Assembly: GCA_963809485.1 (NCBI GenBank)
Contig: CAWEJX010000001.1
Coordinates: forward strand, 32,001 to 96,000
Direction of reading: 5' to 3'
Origin: an uncultured Acidobacteriota bacterium
Lineage (GTDB): Bacteria; Acidobacteriota; UBA6911
Length of the DNA: 64,000 nucleotides
Both the position numbers and the translations under genes were made by a program. Within the stretch, counting starts at the first letter, position 1. Every line of letters starts with the position of its first letter. The notes below the pieces were generated by a model that was given only the letters and a program-made list of their open reading frames with translations, ran no database searches and was not told the DNA's origin. Positions 1-11,715 of this stretch are shown piece by piece.

Positions 1-221
1 CGTGCGCGACCCGTCCCCTTCTGGCGCCACAATTTCTTCCCGCTTCCGCTTACCGAGCCGCGGACCTTGGTTGAAGCCGTTCCGGCTCGAAGCGAGTCAT
101 TGTAGTGCTTCACCGCTTCCCAAATAAGGGCTTCGTTGAACTCTGCCTTGAATACGGCATCGGAGAGCTCCATCTTGCCAACAACCTCATTGGAAAGGTT
201 TTTTACTTCAATCTCCGCCAT
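1..221 (-). CDS. rplD: 50S ribosomal protein L4 (N-terminal part, runs off window)
   Basis: Manual translation from ATG at 221: [25 protein letters not shown]...[30 protein letters not shown], the L4 signature; follows rplC. Confidence 0.96.
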   Translation of the reverse strand, partial: MAEIEVKNLSNEVVGKMELSDAVFKAEFNEALIWEAVKHYNDSLRAGTASTKVRGSVSGSGKKLWRQKGTGRA

Positions 222-240
222 TACCAACCTCTCAACACAA

Positions 241-326
241 GAATTACGAATGACGAATTACGAATGACGAGTGGAAACCATTTAGGATGATTTTCATTCG
301 CAATTCGTAATTCGTCATTCGTCATT
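241..326. repeat. Heptamer tandem repeats as inverted arms (GAATTAC/GAATGAC x4 ... TTCGCAA/TTCGTAA/TTCGTCA x4) in the rplC-rplD spacer
   Basis: Read directly: gaattac gaatgac gaattac gaatgac ga ... ttcgcaa ttcgtaa ttcgtca ttcgtca tt; the arms are mutually complementary. Confidence 0.9.
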
Positions 327-328
327 TG

Positions 329-958
329 TTACGCCTTCCGGACTACCACGTATCCGCCATTGCGGCCGGGGATCGCTCCCTTAACCAGAAGCAGATTCTC
401 CTGCTCTTTAATGCCGACGACTCTAAGGTTTTGCGTGGTGACGTTTTCGTCTCCCATGTGGCCGGCCGCGCGCATCCCGGGCAGAACTCGGCTGGGATAG
501 GCCGACGCACCGATGGACCCCGGAGCACGGTGGAACATGGATCCGTGGGTGGCCGCGCCGCCGCCGAAATGGTGGCGTTTGATGACACCGGCGAAGCCCT
601 TGCCCTTGCTTCTTCCAAGGACATCGACCTTGTCGTTCATCTTAAATACCTGGCTGACCAGGAGCTGCTCCCCGACCTTGGGGGATTCGCCTCCATCTCC
701 GGAACGGAACTCCTGCAGAACGCGGCAGGCAGGGACTCCGGCTTTTTTAAAATGCCCCGCCCTGGGCTTGTTGACGCGCGAGGGCCGGATAAATTCGACG
801 AGACCCACCTGAACCGCTTCGTAACCATCCCTGTCTTTGGTTTTGCTCTGAATAACGACGCAGGGGCCGGCTTTGATTACCGTAACCGGAGTGACGGTCC
901 CGCGTTCGTCGAAAACCTGGGTCATCCCCACTTTTATTCCGATCAGTCCATCCACCAT
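329..958 (-). CDS. rplC: 50S ribosomal protein L3
   Basis: [25 protein letters not shown] and HRAPGSIG motifs. Start re-called at MVDGLIG (958, GGGGA RBS); the ORF-track extension to 1012 is translated repeat. Confidence 0.97.
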   Translation of the reverse strand: MVDGLIGIKVGMTQVFDERGTVTPVTVIKAGPCVVIQSKTKDRDGYEAVQVGLVEFIRPSRVNKPRAGHFKKAGVPACRVLQEFRSGDGGESPKVGEQLLVSQVFKMNDKVDVLGRSKGKGFAGVIKRHHFGGGAATHGSMFHRAPGSIGASAYPSRVLPGMRAAGHMGDENVTTQNLRVVGIKEQENLLLVKGAIPGRNGGYVVVRKA

Positions 959-966
959 ATCAAATC

Positions 967-998
967 CCCGTTTCCCGTTTCCCGTTTCCCGTTTCCGG
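967..998. repeat. Heptamer tandem repeat (TTTCCCG)x3 + TTTCCGG in the rpsJ-rplC spacer
   Basis: Read directly: cccg tttcccg tttcccg tttcccg tttccgg. Confidence 0.9.
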
Positions 999-1053
999 TC
1001 ATATTTCTTCAACCCTGAGCAGGGAGGACTGGACGGGGGAACGTATTTTATGA

Positions 1054-1380
1054 CTACTTATGTTCGGTGCCGAAAGCCTTGATTTCGACGTCGATCGCCG
1101 CCGGCAGATCCAATTTCATCAATGCATCGACCGTCTGCGGGGTGGGCTCCAAAATGTCCACCAGACGTTTGTGCGTCCGTATCTCGAACTGCTCCCGCGA
1201 TTTCTTATCCACATGGGGGGAGCGGAGGACGCAGAATTTGTTCTTTACCGTAGGCAACGGAATGGGGCCTGAAACCCGGGATCCGGTGCGTTTGGCAATC
1301 TCAACGATTTCAGAGGTGGATTGATCCAGCACTCTGTAGTCGTAAGCTTTCAGCCTGATTCTTATCTTTTCATTCAACAT
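1054..1380 (-). CDS. rpsJ: 30S ribosomal protein S10
   Basis: [17 protein letters not shown] and [14 protein letters not shown] motifs. Confidence 0.98.
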   Translation of the reverse strand: MLNEKIRIRLKAYDYRVLDQSTSEIVEIAKRTGSRVSGPIPLPTVKNKFCVLRSPHVDKKSREQFEIRTHKRLVDILEPTPQTVDALMKLDLPAAIDVEIKAFGTEHK

Positions 1381-1391
1381 GATTGATCCGC

Positions 1392-2579
<1,188 letters not shown>

Positions 2580-2593
2580 ATTTCCCTCCGAAC

Positions 2594-4687
2594 CTAAAAA
2601 CCCGACGACTTTCCACGGATCTTCGAGATCACTTCTTCACTGACTGCCTTGGGCGCTTCCTCGTAGTGAGAAAAGTGCATGGAGTAAGTTGCCCGACCCT
2701 GTGTCATGGAACGCAGGTCCGTCGAATAACCGAACATCTCCGAAAGCGGGACCTTGCATTGAATGATGGTTGAACCGAGGCGCGCCTCGGTTGATTCAAC
2801 CCGTCCCCTGCGTGCATGCAGGTCGCCCGTGACGCTTCCCATAAACTCTTCAGGCACTACGACTTCAACCTTCATCATCGGTTCCAGAAGCACAGGTTTC
2901 GCGCGCTTGGCGGCTTCTTTCAGCGCCATGGAACCGGCGATTTTGAAGGCCATTTCCGAAGAGTCCACTTCGTGGTAGGAGCCATCTATCAGCGTTACCT
3001 TTACGTCCACCACCTCAAATCCGGCGAGGACTCCGGTTTCGAGAGCCTGCCGGACGCCTTCTTCCACCGGGGCAATATACTCGCGCGGGATTGCACCCCC
3101 GACTATCTCGCTGAGAAACTCGATTCCGCTTCCGGCCGGTTGCGGATCGAGGTTGATCTTCACATGGCCGTATTGACCCCGGCCGCCTGTCTGCCGGACA
3201 AATTTCCCCTCTGCCTCGGCATGCTGGCGAATGGTTTCACGATATGCGACCTGCGGCTTGCCGATATTCGCAGCTACCCCGAATTCCCGGACCATCCGGT
3301 CCACCAGGATTTCCAGGTGAAGCTCCCCCATGCCCGAGAGGATGGTTTGTCCCGTATCCGGGTCCGTGTGAACCCGGAACGTCGGATCCTCGCGGACCAG
3401 CTTGTCGAGCGATATGCCCAGTTTTTCCTGATCCGTCTTGGTTTTGGGCTCAATCGCGACGGAAATCACGGGCGCCGGAAATTCTATCGCTTCAAGTACG
3501 ATCGGGTGCTGTTTGTCACAGATCGTGTCCCCGGTGCTCACATTTTTTAAACCTACTGCCGCCGCGATGTCGCCGGCGTAAACTTCCTTGATCTCTTCAC
3601 GTTTATTGGCGTGCATCTTCAGCAAACGTCCGATCCGCTCCGACGAATCCCGGGTGGAGTTGAATACACCGGTGCCGGATTTGAGCTGGCCGGAATAGAC
3701 CCGGAAGAAGGCCAGATGCCCGACAAAAGGGTCCGTCATAATCTTAAAAACCAGCCCCGAAAAAGGCTCATCGTCGGACACCCTTCGAACCGGCGGCTTG
3801 CTGCCGTTTTGCGTTACGCCCGTCACCGGAGGAACATCCAGCGGAGATGGGAGGAAGGCGACGATGGCATCCAGCAGCTGCTGAATCCCCTTGTTTTTAA
3901 AAGCCGATCCGCAGAGAACGGGGACAAATTTCAGCCCGATAGTCCCTTTGCGCAGGGCAGCCCGGATGTCCTCTTCGGAGATCTCGCTCGCATTCAGGTA
4001 TTTTTCGAGCAGCTGATCATCGACTTCCGAGGCAGCCTCGATCATCATGTCGCGGTACCTTAGCGATTCCTCGCGGTATTCCTCGGGAATGTCCTCGACC
4101 TCGAAATCGGCTCCGAGGGTTTCTTCCCGAAACGCTATGGCTTTTAGAGTGATCAGATCAATCACTCCCCGGAACTCATCCTCAGTACCCAGCGGGATCT
4201 GAACTGCCACGGGAACGGAATTCAGGCGCATGCGCATCATCTGCAGCACCCGCGGGAAGTCAGCTCCGGGGCGATCCATCTTGTTCACGAATCCGATGCG
4301 CGGAACCCGGTATTTGTCTGCCTGGCGCCAAACGGTTTCCGACTGCGGTTCCACCCCCTCGACAGATCCGAAAAGGGCAACCGCGCCATCCAGGACGCGA
4401 AGGCTTCGCTCGACCTCGGCCGTGAAATCGACATGGCCGGGAGTATCGATGATGTTTATCCTGTGATCCTCCCAGTAACAGGTTGTGGCCGCTGAGGTTA
4501 TGGTGATTCCCCGCTCCTGCTCCTGCTCCATCCAGTCCATGGTCGCAGTGCCTTCGTGCACTTCGCCCAGCTTGTGTGTAATGCCCGTATAATAGAGAAT
4601 TCGCTCCGTAGTCGTGGTCTTGCCGGCATCGATATGGGCCATGATGCCGATATTGCGAATTTGTTCCAGGGGTACAGAGCGAGTCAC
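2594..4687 (-). CDS. fusA: Elongation factor G
   Basis: [37 protein letters not shown]; GTG start; lies between rpsG and tuf. Confidence 0.99.
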   Translation of the reverse strand: MTRSVPLEQIRNIGIMAHIDAGKTTTTERILYYTGITHKLGEVHEGTATMDWMEQEQERGITITSAATTCYWEDHRINIIDTPGHVDFTAEVERSLRVLDGAVALFGSVEGVEPQSETVWRQADKYRVPRIGFVNKMDRPGADFPRVLQMMRMRLNSVPVAVQIPLGTEDEFRGVIDLITLKAIAFREETLGADFEVEDIPEEYREESLRYRDMMIEAASEVDDQLLEKYLNASEISEEDIRAALRKGTIGLKFVPVLCGSAFKNKGIQQLLDAIVAFLPSPLDVPPVTGVTQNGSKPPVRRVSDDEPFSGLVFKIMTDPFVGHLAFFRVYSGQLKSGTGVFNSTRDSSERIGRLLKMHANKREEIKEVYAGDIAAAVGLKNVSTGDTICDKQHPIVLEAIEFPAPVISVAIEPKTKTDQEKLGISLDKLVREDPTFRVHTDPDTGQTILSGMGELHLEILVDRMVREFGVAANIGKPQVAYRETIRQHAEAEGKFVRQTGGRGQYGHVKINLDPQPAGSGIEFLSEIVGGAIPREYIAPVEEGVRQALETGVLAGFEVVDVKVTLIDGSYHEVDSSEMAFKIAGSMALKEAAKRAKPVLLEPMMKVEVVVPEEFMGSVTGDLHARRGRVESTEARLGSTIIQCKVPLSEMFGYSTDLRSMTQGRATYSMHFSHYEEAPKAVSEEVISKIRGKSSGF

Positions 4688-4699
4688 GGAGAAACCTCA

Positions 4700-5170
4700 C
4701 TACCAACGGTAATGGGCGAAAGCCTTGTTCGCTTCCGCCATGCGATGCGTATCCTCTTTTTTCTTGATGGCCCCGCCTCGATTATTGGAGGCATCCAGTA
4801 TCTCGGCTGCCAGCTTCTCCCGCATGGTTTTTTCGCCACGCGCCCGCGCGTTGGAGATAATCCAACGAATCGAAAGTGACGTCCTCCGGTCCTGCGGCAC
4901 CTCTATCGGAACCTGATAGGTCGCACCGCCCACACGCCGGGATTTCACCTCCAGGATCGGCTTTACATTTTCGAGGGCCTTTTTGAAAACCTTGACAGGG
5001 TCCTCTTTGGCACGATCTTTGACCAAATCGAGACTGCCGTAAAAGGCTCCTTCCGCGACGCTCTTCTTACCCTGGACCATCATGCAGTTGATGAACTTGG
5101 TGATGAGCGTACTTCCATAGGCCGGATCCGGCAGCGTCTCTCGTTTCGGTACTTCTCTTCGCCTCGGCAT
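4700..5170 (-). CDS. rpsG: 30S ribosomal protein S7
   Basis: [15 protein letters not shown] and [13 protein letters not shown]. Confidence 0.99.
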   Translation of the reverse strand: MPRRREVPKRETLPDPAYGSTLITKFINCMMVQGKKSVAEGAFYGSLDLVKDRAKEDPVKVFKKALENVKPILEVKSRRVGGATYQVPIEVPQDRRTSLSIRWIISNARARGEKTMREKLAAEILDASNNRGGAIKKKEDTHRMAEANKAFAHYRW

Positions 5171-5325
5171 ACTAAAGATCTCCCAAAGCCCTGCTGGTAC
5201 TCATTAACTTTATAGGGTGAGGATGCTCCACCGAGAGCGAATCTTGTCGGCTTCTGGCAGGCGCCGTTGCAGATTCTCGGCGGGCGCGAATCGCTCACCC
5301 CTGAACAATAGATATGAAGAAGTGA

Positions 5326-5700
5326 TTAGCTTTTAGGCCGCTTGGCACCATATTTCGAGCGGGAATTTTTCCGATCCTGCACTCCGACAGAATCCAATGT
5401 TCCCCGCACCACATGGTACCGAACCCCGGGGAGGTCCTTGACACGTCCGCCGCGAATTAACACGATGGAGTGTTCCTGCAGGTTGTGACCGATCCCTGGA
5501 ATATAGGTTGTAACCTCTATTCCGTTGGTAAGCCGGACACGCGCAACTTTACGTAGGGCGGAATTTGGCTTTTTGGGCGTCGATGTATACACCCTGGTGC
5601 ACACGCCTCTACGCTGAGGACTCCCCTGCAAAGCCGGACTCTTCGTCTTATAACGAATCTTCTTTCGGCCAGATCGTACCAGCTGATTGAAGGTCGGCAA
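5326..5700 (-). CDS. rpsL: 30S ribosomal protein S12
   Basis: [10 protein letters not shown] and [12 protein letters not shown]; TTG start with AAGGAG RBS. Confidence 0.99.
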   Translation of the reverse strand: MPTFNQLVRSGRKKIRYKTKSPALQGSPQRRGVCTRVYTSTPKKPNSALRKVARVRLTNGIEVTTYIPGIGHNLQEHSIVLIRGGRVKDLPGVRYHVVRGTLDSVGVQDRKNSRSKYGAKRPKS

Positions 5701-5796
5701 ACTATGCTCTCCTTATATTTAAGTCCCGCGTGGATAGGAATATCTCTCACAATAAAGCATCCCCGGACCACGCCTGATTCAGCGAAAAACCTGACG

Positions 5797-5825
5797 ACTA
5801 TAGCAAACCCTCAGAATCGTGTCAA
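5797..5825 (-). promoter_or_regulatory. sigma70 promoter of the str/S10 operon (TTGACA-N17-TATAGT)
   Basis: Minus strand reads TTGACA cgattctgagggtttgc TATAGT (17-nt spacer), with an AT-rich UP-like tract upstream; about 100 nt before rpsL. Confidence 0.85.
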
Positions 5826-6063
5826 GCAAATGAAATATTTGAAGATTCTTTGAATCGCGGAACCGATTTCCAGTCCCTGATCCCGAGGTCGATTGCAGGC
5901 GGAATTGGCCGGTCCACGGGCAACCCAGAAACCTGAGGCCGGATAAAACCAGCCCCGGCGAATATAAAAAACCACAAATTGAGGCCTGAGATGACGGTAT
6001 ATCTGCTTGGCAACGCGGATTACGAGATGAAGCGTCGGATCAGCAAAAAAGCAAAATGGCGTC

Positions 6064-7212
6064 CTAAAGACTTTCAATGGCGGATTTCATCCGGTCAAGG
6101 GCCAGAATCAGGCGCCGGCGGGGACAGGCGAAATTCAAGCGGACATAATTTTCGCCCCCTTTGCCGAAGTCCGCGCCGTCGCTCAGTGCAACCTGCGATT
6201 TTTCCAGGAAAAATTTTGCGGCATTTCCCGGGATGCCCGCCTTTCGGCAATCCAGCCAGGCCATATATGTGCCTTCCACTTTGCACATCCCGATTTCCGG
6301 CATTTTCCCGCGAACGTACTCGAGCAGGAAATCCCGGTTCCCCTGCAGATACACCAGGACCTGCTCCAGCCATTCATGGCCTTCGCTGTATCCTGCCGCG
6401 GCAGCCACAATGCCCATCAGATTGACTCCCGGGAGGGTGCCATGGCTGATATTCCTCCAGGCCCTGCGCAACTCCGCATTCTTGATCAGGGCAAATCCGC
6501 ACTCCAGACCGGCCACGTTGTAGGTCTTGCTCGGAGCCATCAACGTCACGGTCCTGTCCTCCACTTCGGGACCCAGAGCGGCAATCGGGATGTGGTGATA
6601 GGGCGGATAGACCAGATCGCAGTGAATTTCATCGGAACATACTATCAGCCGCCGGCGCAGGCAGATTTCGGCGATTTTCTCCAATTCCGGCTTCGTATAT
6701 ACGCGTCCTACAGGATTGTGTGGATTGCACAGAACAAAAATCCGCGTTGCTTCAGTAATGGCGTTTTCGAAAAGTTCAAAATCGATTTCATAGCTATCGC
6801 CATTCCTGACCAGAGGAGGGTCCTGGAGGATTCTGCCGTGTTCTGCCGGGTCCCGCAGGATCGGGAAGTAAAGAGGAGGCTGGGCCAGGACTCCTTCACC
6901 CGGCGCGGCGAACGCCTGAAACGCAACGTTAAGGCCCGGCACAATCCCGGGAAGGAACTGTATTTGCGGCTCGTCCACAATCCAGTCATAAAGTTTTTTC
7001 ATCCTGTCCGTCAGTACGCCGGCCAGTTTCCGTGGCAGTCCATAACCGAAAACCCCGTGATCAACCCTCGCGTGCAACGCCTCAATTACGGGCTCGGGAG
7101 ATCTGAAGTCCATATCCGCAATCCACAGGGGTATGACATTTTCGGGATGAACTCCCCACTTGATGCTATCCGTGCCTCTCCGCTCTATGTCCTGATCAAA
7201 GTCGTATTTCAC
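6064..7212 (-). CDS. PLP-dependent C-S lyase, MalY/PatB family (cystathionine beta-lyase-like)
   Basis: DSIKW, PLWIADMDF, LCNPHNPVGRV, SDEIHCDL, APSKTYN. Start re-called at GTG 7212 (VKYDFD) to avoid overlap with ssb. Confidence 0.92.
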   Translation of the reverse strand: MKYDFDQDIERRGTDSIKWGVHPENVIPLWIADMDFRSPEPVIEALHARVDHGVFGYGLPRKLAGVLTDRMKKLYDWIVDEPQIQFLPGIVPGLNVAFQAFAAPGEGVLAQPPLYFPILRDPAEHGRILQDPPLVRNGDSYEIDFELFENAITEATRIFVLCNPHNPVGRVYTKPELEKIAEICLRRRLIVCSDEIHCDLVYPPYHHIPIAALGPEVEDRTVTLMAPSKTYNVAGLECGFALIKNAELRRAWRNISHGTLPGVNLMGIVAAAAGYSEGHEWLEQVLVYLQGNRDFLLEYVRGKMPEIGMCKVEGTYMAWLDCRKAGIPGNAAKFFLEKSQVALSDGADFGKGGENYVRLNFACPRRRLILALDRMKSAIESL

Positions 7213-7324
7213 GGCGCCAGCATACAGGCCGCAGGTTGGAGGATGCAAGCGACAGGTCCGCAACCTGAAGAATTTTTCGCTCAACCGCAACCCCGGTCCA
7301 TTAGGTAAGCAAGGAGGATCTAGC

Positions 7325-7702
7325 ATGGGAACGATGAATAAGGTCATACTGATCGGCCGGTTGGGAAAAGATCCCGAGGAGCGGACCACGGCAGGAGGCA
7401 CTCGCGTATCGAGCTTCAGCCTGGCAACGGACAATTATCACGGCAGCAACGGCGAAAGAACCACCGACTGGCACCGAATAGTTGTGTTCGGCAAAATTGC
7501 AGAACAGTGCAACCAGTATCTGCGAAAGGGCCGTCTGGTCGGTGTCGAGGGTTCGCTGCAAACCCGTTGCTGGGAAAAATCCCCGGGAGAAAAACATTAT
7601 TTCACGGATGTCGTTGCTTCTCGCGTGACATTTCTCGATTCGAACGGCAGCAGGCCGCCTGTTCAGCAGGTGGCGGAAGAACACGAAGAGGAACCATTTT
7701 GA
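7325..7702 (+). CDS. ssb: Single-stranded DNA-binding protein (short form)
   Basis: MNKVILIGRLGKDPE, TDWHRIVVFG, VEGSLQTR, acidic EEEPF tail; AGGAGG RBS. Confidence 0.95.
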   Translation: MGTMNKVILIGRLGKDPEERTTAGGTRVSSFSLATDNYHGSNGERTTDWHRIVVFGKIAEQCNQYLRKGRLVGVEGSLQTRCWEKSPGEKHYFTDVVASRVTFLDSNGSRPPVQQVAEEHEEEPF

Positions 7703-7903
7703 GAGAGAGGCCCGGAACAGGCGGGTCGGCCGTCGCGATTAGCCGCCCTACCATGGCCTGACGTCCCATCCTGGTTGCCCGGCCGATGCCAGTCCGGCAA
7801 AAAATCCCGGTTCTGCTTCATTAACAAAAAGAAGGGGAGCAGAACAATCCTGGCCGGATTGCATCCTGCACAGAATGCTGGCGTTGTGATACAGTAAGGC
7901 ATC

Positions 7904-10159
7904 ATGGTAGCGGAAAAAGGGGCGCTTCCGGGGAAAAAACCGAAGAGGGCTTCGCCCTGGCTCTGGGCCTTTTTTGTATTTCTGATCTTTTGTTTCGTCG
8001 CTGCAGGAGCATTGATCGGAACGCTTGCAGGCTACCAGTACAACCTTCCCAAAATACAGAGCCTGGAAGACTATCGCCCCGACGTCATAACCGATGTCTA
8101 CTCTGACGACAGCAAGGTGATCGGCGAATTTGCCATTGAGCGAAGAATTGTCGCATCCCGCGACGAAATCCCCCACAATTTCGAGATGGCCATCGTCGCG
8201 GTCGAAGATGATCAGTTTTACCACCATTCCGGGATCAACTACTTCTCCAACATTCGGGCAATCTACAAAGACATCATCAGAATGAAGAAGTCGGAGGGGG
8301 CCAGCACCATTACACAACAACTGGCGCGCATGCTGCTTCGCAATTATGAGAAGACCTTCGACCGCAAGATCAAGGAACTGCTGATAGCCTGGAAGATAGA
8401 AAACCAGTACTCCAAACAGCAGATCCTCACGCTCTATGCCAATCTGCACAACATGGGACCCGGTATTTATGGAGTGGCTGCCGCCGCCGACTACTATTTC
8501 GGAAAGCCGCTCAAGGAACTCACGCTCGAAGAATGCGCAATGATTGCGGGGCTGCCGCGCAACCCGAGCGCATATTCCCCCCGCCTGCATCCGGCCGCTG
8601 CATTGGCAAGACGCAATTACGTGCTTGACCGAATGGCTGCGGAGCGCATGATCTCAGCCAGGACGGCAGCCGAAGCCAAACTAAAGCCGCTGATCCTCAA
8701 GCCTCCCGTGCATGACGATTCGGAAATCGCCCCGCATTTCCTGGAGTGGGTCCGCACATCTCTGGCCGCCCGATATTCGACCGACGAAATCTGGAGGAAG
8801 GGGATGCAGGTTTACACCACGCTCAACATCGATATGCAGAAGGCTGCTCGCAAAGCCCTTGCTGAAGGGCTGAGGAACTACGACAAGCGGCACGGATGGC
8901 GCGGCCCCATGGGCAATGTTCTGCAAATGCCCGGCGTCAATATCGACGGCTATCAGCATGCGGACTGGCGCGCCTTTCTCAATCCGGACGACATCGTCGT
9001 AGGGCTGGTGAAGGCCGTTGTGGATTCGGAGGCCGTCGTAAAGATCGGCAAGTACCAGGCCACCGTCGGCGCCAGGGAGATTGCGTGGACCAAGGCAAAA
9101 TCGCCTGCCCAGATCCTGAAGACCGGCGATCTGGCCTATTTCAAAATTGTTTCGCTGGACGATACCCATAAAACCGCTTCTCTCCTGCTGGAACAGCATC
9201 CGCTGGTGGAAGGCGCCGTCATCATTGTTGAGAACAAGACCGGCGAAATCAAGGCGATGGTGGGCGGCTACGATTTCGGGTCGAGCGAGTTCAATCGGGC
9301 AACTCAGGCAATGCGGCAGGTCGGATCGACTTTTAAACCGCTGGTTTATTCGGCGGCGCTCGAAAACGGAATGACGGCCGACAGCATCGTCTTGGACTCC
9401 CCCATAAGTTTCACCGACAGCCTCGGGCGAACATGGCGGCCGGGCAACTACGACGGCAAATTCAAGGGAGAGATAACGATCCGCCAGGCAATCACGGAAT
9501 CGCGCAATGTGCCGACCATAAAGGTGGCCTCGCAGTTGGGCATTAAAAACGTTGTGGTGATGGCCCGGCGATTCGGGCTCGGCGGCCCGCTGAGTCCCTA
9601 TTTGCCGCTTGCCCTGGGAGCGTGCGAAGCCACCCCCCTGGAAATGGCTTCCGCATTCACAGTCTTCCCCAATCTCGGGATTCAGGCCAAGCCCTATTTC
9701 ATACGGCGTGTGGAAGATTACGACCATGCACTGAAGGAAGAAAATGGGTCGCAAAGTCGCCCCGTGCTGGAACCCAAGATCGCGGAGCAGATGCTGCGTC
9801 TGCTGCAGGATGTGGTCCAGAGCGGTACTGCAACATCGGCAAAGTCGCTCAAATGGCCCGTGGGCGGGAAAACGGGAACCACGGACGATTTCACGGATGC
9901 ATGGTTCGTGGGCTTTTCACCCTCCATCACCGCTGCAGTCTGGGTTGGTTTTGACGAAAAAAAGACGCTGGGAGCCAGGGAATCCGGAGCCGTGGCAGCG
10001 TTGCCGATATGGATCAATTGCATGCGGGAAATACTGAAGGATAAGCCGATGGAGTCTTTCGCTGCGGCGGAACCGGCGGGCCCGGTCATCGACGATTCCT
10101 CGGATTCTCCAGGCTCCAAAAGCCTTTACATCGAAGACCTCCCCGTCACCAAACCATAA
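7904..10159 (+). CDS. mrcA: Penicillin-binding protein 1A (transglycosylase/transpeptidase with OB insert)
   Basis: N-terminal TM helix; EDDQFY and GASTITQQLAR (transglycosylase); STFK, SRN and KTGT (transpeptidase). Confidence 0.93.
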   Translation: MVAEKGALPGKKPKRASPWLWAFFVFLIFCFVAAGALIGTLAGYQYNLPKIQSLEDYRPDVITDVYSDDSKVIGEFAIERRIVASRDEIPHNFEMAIVAVEDDQFYHHSGINYFSNIRAIYKDIIRMKKSEGASTITQQLARMLLRNYEKTFDRKIKELLIAWKIENQYSKQQILTLYANLHNMGPGIYGVAAAADYYFGKPLKELTLEECAMIAGLPRNPSAYSPRLHPAAALARRNYVLDRMAAERMISARTAAEAKLKPLILKPPVHDDSEIAPHFLEWVRTSLAARYSTDEIWRKGMQVYTTLNIDMQKAARKALAEGLRNYDKRHGWRGPMGNVLQMPGVNIDGYQHADWRAFLNPDDIVVGLVKAVVDSEAVVKIGKYQATVGAREIAWTKAKSPAQILKTGDLAYFKIVSLDDTHKTASLLLEQHPLVEGAVIIVENKTGEIKAMVGGYDFGSSEFNRATQAMRQVGSTFKPLVYSAALENGMTADSIVLDSPISFTDSLGRTWRPGNYDGKFKGEITIRQAITESRNVPTIKVASQLGIKNVVVMARRFGLGGPLSPYLPLALGACEATPLEMASAFTVFPNLGIQAKPYFIRRVEDYDHALKEENGSQSRPVLEPKIAEQMLRLLQDVVQSGTATSAKSLKWPVGGKTGTTDDFTDAWFVGFSPSITAAVWVGFDEKKTLGARESGAVAALPIWINCMREILKDKPMESFAAAEPAGPVIDDSSDSPGSKSLYIEDLPVTKP

Positions 10160-10274
10160 TTACGATTTACGGATGACGAATTACGAATTTCAACATACAT
10201 TGCGATGGGCGTCGAGGTTCGGGACAAATCGCCGAGGAACAACGAACCGCATTCAATTCGTCATTCGTATTTCG
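10158..10274. repeat. Heptamer repeat inverted arms (ATTACGA/ATGACGA ... TTCGTCA/TTCGTAT) between convergent PBP1A and ispB
   Basis: attacga tttacgg atgacga attacga ... attcaa ttcgtca ttcgtat ttcg; same unit family as 241-326. Confidence 0.8.
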
Positions 10275-10276
10275 GT

Positions 10277-11251
10277 TCAGCGATCGCGCTGGACGATGTA
10301 TTCGGGGATGCACAGCAGCGCGTCCCGGGCCTGGCTGGCGGGGAAATCCTTTAGGCACTCTTTCGCTTTTTGCGCATAGTCCCGGGCTTTTTCCAGCACA
10401 CGATCCGCCGTGCGGTACTCCCGGACAAGGTTAAAAATCTCGTCCCGGTTCGCGGCGTCGGATTCGCTCTCATGAAGGGCTTTGCGCACCATCTCCCGGT
10501 ATCGGGGTTCGCCGTCGCGCATAAGGTATATCAGAGGGAGCGTCAGCTTCCCTTCCTTCAAATCACTTCCAACCGGTTTGCCGAGCGTGCTTTCGGTCGA
10601 GGTGAAATCAAGGACATCATCCACAAGTTGGAAGGCAAGCCCGACATTCAACCCATAGAGGCGCAGGAGTTCTTCCCTTTTTTTGCCCGCCGTGCCCAGG
10701 ATCCCCCCGAGCTGGGAACAGGCGGAAAACAGGAATGCGGTTTTGCGGATGGAAATATCCAGGTGCTGCTCTTCGGTGATATCCAGGTTTCCGTTTAACG
10801 TAAGCTGGATGAGCTCTCCTTCAACCATTTTGCGCGTAGCTTCTATGAGGACATCCAGCACTTTCAGACGGCGCTCCCCAAGCGCCAGGCTGAAAGATGT
10901 CATGTACAGCCAGTCTCCCACCAGGACGGTGATTTCATTGCCCCACTGGGCATTGACGGAAGCGCGGCCCCGTCGGACGTTTGCATTGTCTATAATATCG
11001 TCGTGAACCAGTGTGGCCGAATGGATCAACTCGACAACAGCGCCCAGCCGCGGCCCAACCGGTCCCTCGTAACCGCACATTTTGGCGCCCAGCAGCAGGA
11101 TAGCGGGCCGTATACGCTTGCCGCCGCTGCCGCAGATATACTGACCGATGCTGTCAATCAGCGCAATGCCCGGAGTCGACTGCCGCGTCAGCTCCACTTC
11201 CACCTGCGCCAGATCCTTCTCGATCAGCTTATAAATTTCATGTGGAGTCAA
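10277..11251 (-). CDS. ispB: Polyprenyl (octaprenyl-type) diphosphate synthase
   Basis: GGKRIRP, first motif HDDIID..RRG, second motif FQLVDDVLD, GKPVGSDLKEGK. Confidence 0.9.
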   Translation of the reverse strand: MTPHEIYKLIEKDLAQVEVELTRQSTPGIALIDSIGQYICGSGGKRIRPAILLLGAKMCGYEGPVGPRLGAVVELIHSATLVHDDIIDNANVRRGRASVNAQWGNEITVLVGDWLYMTSFSLALGERRLKVLDVLIEATRKMVEGELIQLTLNGNLDITEEQHLDISIRKTAFLFSACSQLGGILGTAGKKREELLRLYGLNVGLAFQLVDDVLDFTSTESTLGKPVGSDLKEGKLTLPLIYLMRDGEPRYREMVRKALHESESDAANRDEIFNLVREYRTADRVLEKARDYAQKAKECLKDFPASQARDALLCIPEYIVQRDR

Positions 11252-11350
11252 TTCGATACTCTCTGCGGCCGTTCATTAGAACTAATAACTCAAAGCACTT
11301 AACGGCATCGATCTTATCATAGCTGGATTGCCGGCAGCCATCAATTCCGA

Positions 11351-11692
11351 CTATTTGAGCAGAGCGCCATTGGACACTTCCTCGCTGAATGTAGCCAGGA
11401 CCGGTCTCCCGTCGACCGAAGCAGCCACGATCATGCCGTTGGACTCCACGCCCATGAGCTTGGCCGGTTTCAAATTAGCCACCACGACGACCTTTCGGTT
11501 CAGCAGGCCGGCAGGCTCGTAAACCTCGGCAATCCCCGCAACCACCTGCCGTACTTCCGTCCCTATATCCACCCTGAGTCGGATCAGTTTGCGCGAGCCT
11601 TCGATCTTTTCCGCTTCCAAAATCTGCCCTACGCGCATCTGTACTTTTGCGAAATCCTCTATGCTTATTTCATTCATCAGTTCTTCGGACAT
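11351..11692 (-). CDS. Stand-alone tRNA-binding OB domain (MetRS C-terminal/Trbp111-like)
   Basis: ISIEDFAKVQMRVGQI, RQVVAGI, NLKPAKLMGVESNGM. Confidence 0.88.
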   Translation of the reverse strand: MSEELMNEISIEDFAKVQMRVGQILEAEKIEGSRKLIRLRVDIGTEVRQVVAGIAEVYEPAGLLNRKVVVVANLKPAKLMGVESNGMIVAASVDGRPVLATFSEEVSNGALLK

Positions 11693-11715
11693 TTTTGCTC
11701 CTAATCTCCAAGTCT

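Noticed and set aside
959-1012. N-terminal extension of L3 ([18 protein letters not shown]) in the ORF track
   Set aside because: It is the translated TTTCCCG repeat; the real start is ATG 958 with an RBS.
7213-7434. Extended N-terminus of the MalY/PatB ORF
   Set aside because: It overlaps ssb on the opposite strand; family similarity begins at VKYDFD.
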